From: the human T2T-CHM13v2.0 reference genome, Homo sapiens | Assembly (NCBI RefSeq): GCF_009914755.1 | Contig: NC_060932.1 | Strand: one strand, 5' to 3' | Length of the DNA: 64,000 nucleotides | Part shown: one piece after another, positions 55,186-64,000 of the stretch | Numbering within the stretch: the first letter of the stretch is position 1 | Layout: each line of letters opens with the position of its first letter | The notes under the pieces: model-generated | Database searches by the model: none | What the model was told of the DNA's origin: nothing | Seen by the model: the letters and a program-made list of their open reading frames with translations, nothing else | Made by a program: the position numbers and the translations under genes

Positions 55186-56716
55186 CCTAGTCACAGTCAG
55201 GCAAGACGACCCAACATTTCTTTCTTGAGCTTATTTTCAGGTTGATAACAATTCATAGAGTGTAGTGAAAACTGGGGACTTATATTGAATGAGTTTGACT
55301 AACCTTCTACTCACTTGACCGAATACTCTATATGAAGGATAGTGCCCTTAGAAAATATGTGCTGGAATGTCTGTCATTTCTGGTAAAAATTTCAGGTAGC
55401 GTAAAGACTGCTGGGCAATACAGGAAAAAGAATTCAAATGATATAAAAATAAATTAATTATAAACTTTTGGATAGGCATGGTAGGCTATAGAATGGTGGG
55501 TGGTCACACTGGGAGAATGAGCAGTTTTAGTTATTACCAGTATTTAAGCCAAAGTTCATTAGGGTTTTTCGCAGTAACACACATTGTACAAACAATAATG
55601 AGATCCCCACCCAAAAAAAAAAACCACAAAAATCAAGCTGCAGATTCCGCTCCTATATTTTCCTTTCTTTACTAAGCCCATTGGCAACTGATTAACTTTT
55701 TGAAATTATTCTCAACTATAAATTCTACCCCATCAGCAGTTAATCAACAATAAAATTCCTGGGAAAAAATTGGTAATGTGAGGCTTCCTCATTTGCAAGG
55801 ACATTTGAACAGAATCTTATTTCAGTCAAACCTTATTTTCATTTTCCTAGGCCAAGAATTAGAGAAACAGAACCTGAAATTAGCAACCATCTTTTGGGAG
55901 TGTTGTATTAACATTAAAGATAATATACAATATAAAAACCAAACCCAGACAATAATGCAGCAACTTTCCCTGTTTCCCTTTAAAAACAGACCTCCTAATC
56001 ACTTAATTAGATGTACTTTAAAAGGTACATAAAGTCCAAGAATTTATCATATCGGTGGCCAAAAATAAGAATATTTTACAGATTCCTATTAATGAGTTAT
56101 CTATACATTATTAGTAATAGGAAAAATGATGTACTTTCTAGAGTACGGTTGTTTCTTAAGGATCAAGCTCTTAAAGATATAACATACTGCTGAAATAGTG
56201 TGAACACTCGTGAGAGGCTATCTCCCATGCTTAAACCTTTCTGCTCCACTTCTAATAACCTGAAAACAATATTTGAGAAAATCAACAATGTGCTTCCGGA
56301 GCTAAGAATAAGCATAAGCACAACATGGTCTCTTAGCAGACATACTGGGGGAAAACCAGGAACAGAAGCCAAGCCTCGAGACCTCTCAACTCAAACACCA
56401 ATGGGTTTCACACCATCACACTGAAGACCAATACGTAGAATACTGCAACTTCCTTTTTTTTCAGTCTTTTTCTTTCCTTTGGTTTTTTCTTTCTTTCCTT
56501 CCGTCTAGGGGTAAGCAAACAGTAGAGTAGAAAGGATGCAGGACTAAGATTCACAACATTTGAGTGAACCTGACGCAATGCCACCATCCTGTGATACAGC
56601 CTTGGAAGAGTCACTTTACATCTCCAGACCTCAGTTTATATATCTGTACTGATGTTATAATCTCCAAGGTCTTTGGAAATTTAAAACTCTATAATTTCAT
56701 AAAACAATATTTTGTG

Positions 56717-57016
56717 TATTTATTTATTTTGAGACAGGGTGTTACTCTGTCACCCAGGCTGGAGTGCAGTGTTGTGATCATGGCTCACTGTAGCCTCAAC
56801 CTCCTGGCTTAAGCAATCCTCTCACCCCAGCCTCCCAAGTAGCTGAGACCACAGGTGTGTGCCAAGAAGCCTGGCTGATTTTTTTTTTTTTTTTTCTGTA
56901 GAGACAGGATCACTCTATGTTGTCCAGGTTGGTCTCGAACTCCTGGGCCCAAGTGATCTTCCTGCCTTAACTTCCCCAAATTCTGAGATTACAGGTGCAA
57001 GTCACTGTGACTGGCC
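56717..57016 (-). mobile_element. AluJ
   Basis: Reverse dimeric Alu with GTGATCATGGCTCACTGTAGCCTCAACCTCC. Confidence 0.92.
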
Positions 57017-58177
57017 ACATGAAACATTTTTATCTTGTATACTGTAAGTAAAATAGTTTTTTTTGGTCACAAGAAATGCTGTGTCTCTTGAGTTGGTATA
57101 AATAATTTCAAACACAATACAAGTCTCATTCAGCTTGCTATAAATTTTAAACTCATATACAGTAACCTATTTCAACAAGCCCCTTTATGAAGCTTACACA
57201 ATTGAAAACATACTATGTATCAAGAAACCTTTTATACAGAATGGAACAATCACATCGTTTATCAATAGGGTAAGCTGAACATTTATATTGCAGTCCGGTT
57301 AAACCAAATGTGTATGTACTAGTCTCATCATTTAAGTGAAGTCTTCCATTGTTGAAGGAAACAAAAAAGTGGCTTCCTAGTAGTGCAGAGTAAGTTCCAA
57401 GATGTTTAAAGGATATATACACGTGCCTGTCAATGTGAACTTTCTTTAAATGCACTGATTTATGCAGTAATATTTGGAGTATGACTTTAAGTGAATATTT
57501 GCTTTAATATTTACCAAATATAAGAGCTTTACAACTGCATAGCCATGAGCTTTCCTGAGGGAGTAAAAATCTACGTACAAAGTAGAGATTTATGAACACT
57601 ATTTCATCTCAGGTTTTTTCAACCGACAAAAAAACATGAAAATATCACTGGTGTGAAATACTATGTTCACAGGACCATTTACGGCTCTTGGGATTTTTGC
57701 CTACAAATTATGTGAAATTACATGAAAGAGCTGAAAACAAAAAAGAAGCAAAAACAAAACCCCTTTAAGAGTGCATTCGTTTCAGCATTTTACTTCCCAA
57801 GGCAGAATGTTTTCCCAGGAATCCTGGGAGTGACTTCAGATACTCCGACTGATATTTACAGCTGCCATGTATTTACACCAATAACTTGTCCATCTGTAGA
57901 GTAAGGCTGAAATAATCAATTTGTAACCGACAGGTCTTTCTACATGTTTAAGATCATCTTGAAATATATTGGAAATGTATCTCTCAGATCCACATTCTCC
58001 CGGATGACTTCAAAACATCACCTGATTTTGGTGATGGAGGAAATTTTTTGGTGTGTGTTTATGTACATAGGTAACCTACTTTATGGGTTGTTCTAAGAGT
58101 TATGAGATGGAAATCATGTAAAATGTTAGCACATCTTTGGTAGCACATCTTTACCTTAATTGGTACTGTTTTCCCCT

Positions 58178-58346
58178 TTTTGTATTGTGAATCATAGTTG
58201 TACGTACTTTAGGGGTATGTGTGTTCTTTTGACACATATACACAACAATGTGCAATGATGAAGTCAGGGTAACTGGGATATTCATCGCCTTAAACATTTA
58301 TCTTTGGTTTGTGGTGGGAGCATTACAATTTTTCTCTTCTAGCTAT
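58178..58346 (-). mobile_element. L1MA-type 3'-end fragment
   Basis: ACAATGTGCAATGATGAAGTCAGGGTAACTGGGATATTCATCGCCTTAAACATTTATC...CTCTTCTAGCTAT. Confidence 0.7.
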
Positions 58347-58348
58347 AG

Positions 58349-58658
<310 letters not shown>

Positions 58659-60099
58659 AGCTATAGGTACTCTTTATAAGAGGCATTTTACTGCTTTGTG
58701 TAGTGCCTGCTATAGCCATTTTCATGTTCTCCTAAAATGTCTTTCTCCATGTCTTTTCTGGTATTATCTTGATTTTTGTGTTTTTCTGAGGCAAGAACTG
58801 TGAAAAATCCTAATGGGAGGAACTCTCCTTATTTGAGAGTGTCGAGAGCTGAAGGAAATGTCTTAACTTTTTGGTTAAAAAAGGAATACAAGAAAAAGAA
58901 GGCAACACCACCAGCAGATGCCATTGCCTCGTCACGAGGGCTTTTCTCCCCAATGAATTAATAGTCTACAAAGGGGCAGAAGTTTCCAGTGCATTCTGCA
59001 GCTGTAAAACACACTGAAGCTGCTCAGGGACCAAGATGCAAATGAGCCTGCCACTGATGAACCAATGTCTCAGCAAGGGCCTTCAGAGACTTACACAGAG
59101 AGGTCCCCTTAAAGGTATGAAAAGGTGCTCATTAAGCACTTTTAAGACGTCGAAATTGAAATAACTATCCTTCAGTTCTTCATTATCACTAGGTGGTTGG
59201 ACTCTGAGGGGATCAAGCATTTACTTTTCAAGGAAAAGTTTAAACCAAACTCATAAGCACACAAACCTCTAGAAACGTACCATTTTGCCAGTGAAAATAA
59301 ATCACCCAGAGAAAAGAGATCCCATATAGAGAATTCCCTTGGACATGAAATTCTTTGTTAAAGTAAATAACATGCAACTGACTTCCACAGAAGACTGGAT
59401 GACTGCAGTACAATGGATGCTGTTAATATTTCCGAGAAGATGGTGGCTAACCTTTAGTTGTTTATTTTTTAAAATAAGTAAAATAACATGAATATGTTGC
59501 TAATGAGAATATATAACACTAAGCCTGAAAATATTCATTAAGCCATGAATAGAAATGGATACAGCTGAATCTCAATGCTATCATTTTCATAATTTGTCCT
59601 GAAGTATATTTGACAATGAATTTCACATTAACCAAAGTGCTTTTAACCCTGAAACTACTGCAGCATCACTGATTTGGTCCTAAAATTGTGGCATTGATTC
59701 CAAAAAGCAGCTGATCCACGAAAAAGGGAAAAAAAAGAAAAAAGGAACTTCCTGGCAGATAAGATCTTTAAAAAAGATGCCAAAAAGATGAAAAAGCAAG
59801 AAACAAAGCAAAGCATGATGTACCAAAATGCTACTTTCCAACTGAAAACAGATACATTTCTTTCCTCTCTTTAAAACGCTAGTAGTTCTTTAGACCATTT
59901 GGCAACTAAAGGGTAAGAAAAATGCCATAGCTTCACACAACCCTTTACTGAAATAAGAATGTGCTTTACTCTGGACATTTATTTTTCTTACTAGACTCTA
60001 AATGAAGAATCTCCCTTTACTAGAGGACCAGTTCTAGCAAGATGAACTTACACAATGGGGACCTTAAACTCCGTGTATAAAGGAAAATAAGAGAACCTT

Positions 60100-60386
60100 T
60101 TTTTGTGAGACAGAGTCTCTGTCGCACAGGCTGGAGTGCAGTTGTGTGGTCTCGGCTCACTGAAACTTCTGTCTCCTGGGTTCAAGTGATTCTCCTGTCT
60201 CACCCTCCCCAGTAGCTAGGATTACAGGGACGTGCCACCACACTCGGCTAATTTTTGTATTTTTAGTAGAGACAGGGTTTCCCCACGCTGGCCAGGCTGG
60301 CTGGTCTTGAACTCCTGACCTCGTGATCTGCCTGCCTCAGCCTCACAAAGTGTTGGGATTACAGGCGTGAGCCACCATGTCTGGCC
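60100..60386 (-). mobile_element. AluS
   Basis: TSD AATAAGAGAACCTT at 60086-60099 and 60389-60402. Confidence 0.93.
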
Positions 60387-60539
60387 CCAATAAGAGAACC
60401 TTATTGTGAGTTTCCATCTCAGTTCTGCTAAGTTGCTGAGACACTTCCTATCTAGTTCTATTGCTTTGTTCTTTTCATTCTGCCTTCCTACAACATTCAT
60501 GTCTTTGTCCAGCTTATGATTAAAAACTGAAAGTAGAAA

Positions 60540-61510
60540 AATAATATGTTAAAAGACAAACCAGCAAAAATATAAGCAGCATATACGACAAAGGTAATAA
60601 TAATGTTTAAAAAAAATAAAAAGGTTTTGGAGATCAACTAAGAAAAAGATGAATATCTCAATTTAAAAATTGGAAAAAATAAATGGGCAACCCCAAAATG
60701 AAGAAAGCAAGTTTTCCATAAACATAAGAAAAATAAAAATTAACTAGTACCAAAAATGCAAATCGAGACAATGAGTACTAATTTCATCAGTCAAACTGGC
60801 CCAGAAATAGTATGGAACACCCTTCCTAGATGACAATTTATTGTATTAATAATACAAATAAAAAGCACAAAAACATCTGCATTCATTCTTTGACTCAGTA
60901 ATTCTTAAGGAAATGAAAAAATGTTTAGTTGAAGCAGTTGTTGAAAATAACAAAAAATGAAAACAATAACAATGTCTAAAAATGAGGGACTAGGCCAGGC
61001 GTGATGGCTCATGCCTGTAATCCCAGCCCTTTGGGAGGCCAAGCCGGGTGGACTGCTCAAGCTCAGTAGTTCGAGATCAGCCAGGGCAACATGGCTTAAG
61101 ACGGTGCCTATACAAAAAAATAGAAAAATTAGCTGGGTGTGGTGTCGTGTGCCTGTAGTCTTAGCTACTTGGGAGGCTGAGGTGGGAGGATGACTTGAGC
61201 TTGGGAGGCAGAGGTTACAGTGAGCTGAGACCGTGCCACTATACTTCAGCCTAGGTGACAGAGCCAGACCCTGTCTCAAGCAAAAAAAAAAAAAAAAAAA
61301 AAAATTCGTTAAATAACATAAGGCATATAAAATGAAATCTAGTGTAAATATTAAAATTCTGTTGAAATACATATTGATATGTAAAGATCTTTTTAGTATA
61401 TTAATAGGTAAAAAAGAAGACCACACTTAAATATGTGTTCATCTATATCTATATTAAAAAAGTCTTAAAGAAAGTGACATAGGCTATGTCTGGGTAACTA
61501 TTCTTTGGGG
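60540..61510 (+). mobile_element. Degenerate L1M (ORF2 end/3' UTR) fragment interrupted by an Alu
   Basis: A-rich, with AAAAATGCAAATCGAGACAATGAG...TCAAACTGGC and TTTGACTCAGTAATTC resembling old L1. Confidence 0.5.
60993..61304 (+). mobile_element. AluJb-type element
   Basis: Dimeric Alu with poly-A tail. Confidence 0.93.
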
Positions 61511-61625
61511 AGGAGTTGAGTATATTCTGCCTTTGGAGGGGAATGAGTATTCGTGATCAAGAAAGTGGAATGTGGTTGTTGTATTGCTATATACAAACGT
61601 ATTTTGTATGTGGAAAAAGAATATT

Positions 61626-62036
61626 TGTGATCAAGAGTATCAAAAATACTACTTTTCACAAATATCTACTGCATATCCTACTCCCAAGGTTTCCCAAGGA
61701 AAGCTTCCTACTCCATTGATGTTGACCACACCCATGTAACTTGCTTTGGCCAGTGGACTATGAACAAATAGGGCCCATGTCCCATTCCAGCAGCTTTAAA
61801 TGCACTGTATAGGTTGGCTCAGCGTCCAGTTCTTCCCTTCCACCACAGGAAGGGCTTGTCACTGAGCAACTGTTATTTCAAAATGGATCTCCCAACGAGA
61901 AGACGCTTAGAGCAGAGCTCTGCCACAGCCGTTCTGTAGCCACCAAAAAGTAATTGAAAAGGGAAATGAATACCTGTTTCAACCCATTAAGATTTTAGGG
62001 TTCTTTGTTACTCAGAAAAGCTGTTTAGTAAATACA
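61626..62036 (+). mobile_element. Old MLT1-type LTR
   Basis: CCATGTAACTTGCTTTGGCCAGTGG...AAGATTTTAGGGTTCTTTGTTACT. Confidence 0.55.
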
Positions 62037-63289
62037 CAATGCAATATTGTGCTGTAAATTGTCATTATGGAAGAATTTTTTCTCGTTTTGCTTATTTATA
62101 TTTCCTAATTGTTCTATTATAACTATGTATTACACAAACACACATTGGTTAAAAAAAAGAAAACCTTAAAACAACAGGATAGGTCAACAAACTAAAAGGA
62201 ATTGATTCTAACTTGACTGAGTCATTTCAATATCCAAAGAAATAATCATTGTTCACTATTTGTCAGCCAAAGAAGATTAGCAAAAAAGCCATATAGAAGA
62301 GCACTGGTGGTGCCCATCCATGCACAATCCAGGGGAGAAAAAGCCTTAGCTAATGGGCTTGGATATATTTTTCATCCAGCTGGCAATCACCTAGCAAGGA
62401 GATGGATATAGAAGCTGCATCTAATGAACTGTGAGGTTTGTGGACCTTTGGCAAACACATCCTCACTGGAAATGGCTACATCAAGCTGCCTAAGCTTCAT
62501 GACATTAAACAGTCACCACCTCTAGCTTCCTTTGTCCTGATGCCACACCAGCTAAGCAACCTTCTGAGTATACCATATTATATGGTTTCTTAGTTACCTA
62601 TTAGGAAAGAATGTCCTGGTTAAACCAGCTTAGACAGCATTTATTTAAATTAATAAACTGGCATTTAAATTTAATTTTTATAAGGGAATGAGGGAAGAAA
62701 TAGGCAAAGATTCTTGACTACTAAGTCAAATTCTCATTTAGGAAATCAGGATTTTCCATACTGCATTCTATCCAATGCAATCTTGACTACTTCTCATTTG
62801 CAATTCCATGTTCCTATTACGCTTATTCCCATTCAGCTGCCACTCCACACATGTATACACATCATATACTCACTCTCTCGTTGTGCTGATTTTGCATATT
62901 CTTCTCTGCCTGTCCAAATCCTACCCATCCTTCAAAAACGCCTCAAAGCTCACCCTCTTCCCCTTTCCAGAAAACCTACCCGACAATTCACAACAGCAGC
63001 ACTACCCCTTTATACTGCTCTGCTCCTGTGTCAAGTCTATGAGACTTTTCTAGATGAATATCAGCTCCTTGAAGTTTTCTATACACAGCCCACAGCAACA
63101 GGTAAGTAGCAGATTCTCAAGAAGTGTTCATGAAATTGATTTCTGACTAAATTAATCCAACAGCTTCAGGGCAGGGCTTATCCTACTTATCTTGGCAGAT
63201 TGGAGGATTGGGATTTACAGTTGACAGCCCCACAACACACACACTTGCTACTACTGCCAGGCAGTTCTGAATACTTTTTAATCAATGAT

Positions 63290-63430
63290 CTTATAAAAAC
63301 AAAAAGTGCAAGACTATGAGATAGATATTATCATCACTCCCATGTTCCAGATGAGACAGCAAAGCTCATATGACTGATAACACTCTTGAGGTCAGAAGTG
63401 GTACGGCTGGGATTCAGGGCCCATGTTTGT
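63290..63430 (-). mobile_element. MIR
   Basis: TATTATCATCACTCCCATGTTCCAGATGAG...GAGGTCAG..AGTGGTACGGCTGGGATTC. Confidence 0.6.
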
Positions 63431-64000
63431 TACCTCCTGCCAATTTTAGCTCATTATAATAAAATAAGGCTCATTAGAAACATAGTAAGCTAGGAAGAAA
63501 TTCTTATACTTCTTCCCCGAAGAGTACAGTCTGAGATGGAAAAGTTTGGGATGGGAAGTAAGAGACGCAAAAAGGAAAGCCTGAATCAAACAGACAGATA
63601 CTGATGTCTTCCACAGAAGACAGGTCACAATGACTGCAGTATGTGGCCAAGTAGGACATCAAAGTTTGGGGCTAGAGCTGAATTGCTCAGGGCAACAGAG
63701 GAAAGATTAGGCAATGCCACCTACATTTCCTTCTCTGCTCTTGTACCAGGTAATAAACCACCTTGCTTTTAAAGAAATGTTGGCCAATTATGTAAAGAAT
63801 ATTTATTCACAATCTCGGCAGAGGTACCCAGTCTGATCCTGGAGACAGGGGAGAAAGGGAAAACAGACAGAGGAATCCTGACTAATTTACAGTTTTAATG
63901 GGGCTCACTTTAAACCTCAGACTTACTCTTTCTTCCTTCTTTACACATATGGCAAAGAGGATATAAGGATAAAGACAACAGAAAAACCTTCCTTTTCTTT

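Noticed and set aside
58690-58850. Possible minus-strand exon after ttccttcag
   Set aside because: All three frames contain stops, the donor is weak and there is no PSD3-like peptide.
62714-63109. 131-aa ORF
   Set aside because: Non-ATG start, overlaps L2-like degenerate sequence and has no recognisable domain.

Overview
This is primate, very probably human, AT-rich intronic DNA, largely made of Alu, MIR, L1, L2, MaLR/ERV LTR and DNA-transposon relics. I can support only two coding exons, both on the minus strand and both assigned to PSD3 (EFA6D, an ARF6 GEF). One is a 44-nt exon at 11412-11455 encoding ALYNSIKNEKLEWAV, the end of the Sec7 domain. The other is an ATG-containing exon at 39517-39675 (MIGVNSVQSASK...AKENK) whose phase-0 donor fits the 44-nt exon across a ~28-kb intron, predicting a short Sec7-less isoform like EFA6As of the paralog PSD. 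The best leads are: (i) a good splice acceptor 13 nt upstream of that ATG, so the exon could also act as a poison cassette in the long mRNA; (ii) a sense-oriented solo LTR12 (ERV9) that keeps its CCAAT/TATA promoter but seems to have lost its poly(A) signal by a microhomology deletion; (iii) inverted Alus flanking the 44-nt exon. I see no CRISPR array, rRNA/tRNA, prokaryotic genes or demonstrably new biological system. Repeat names come from recalled consensus sequences, and most repeat boundaries are approximate unless a target-site duplication (TSD) is quoted.
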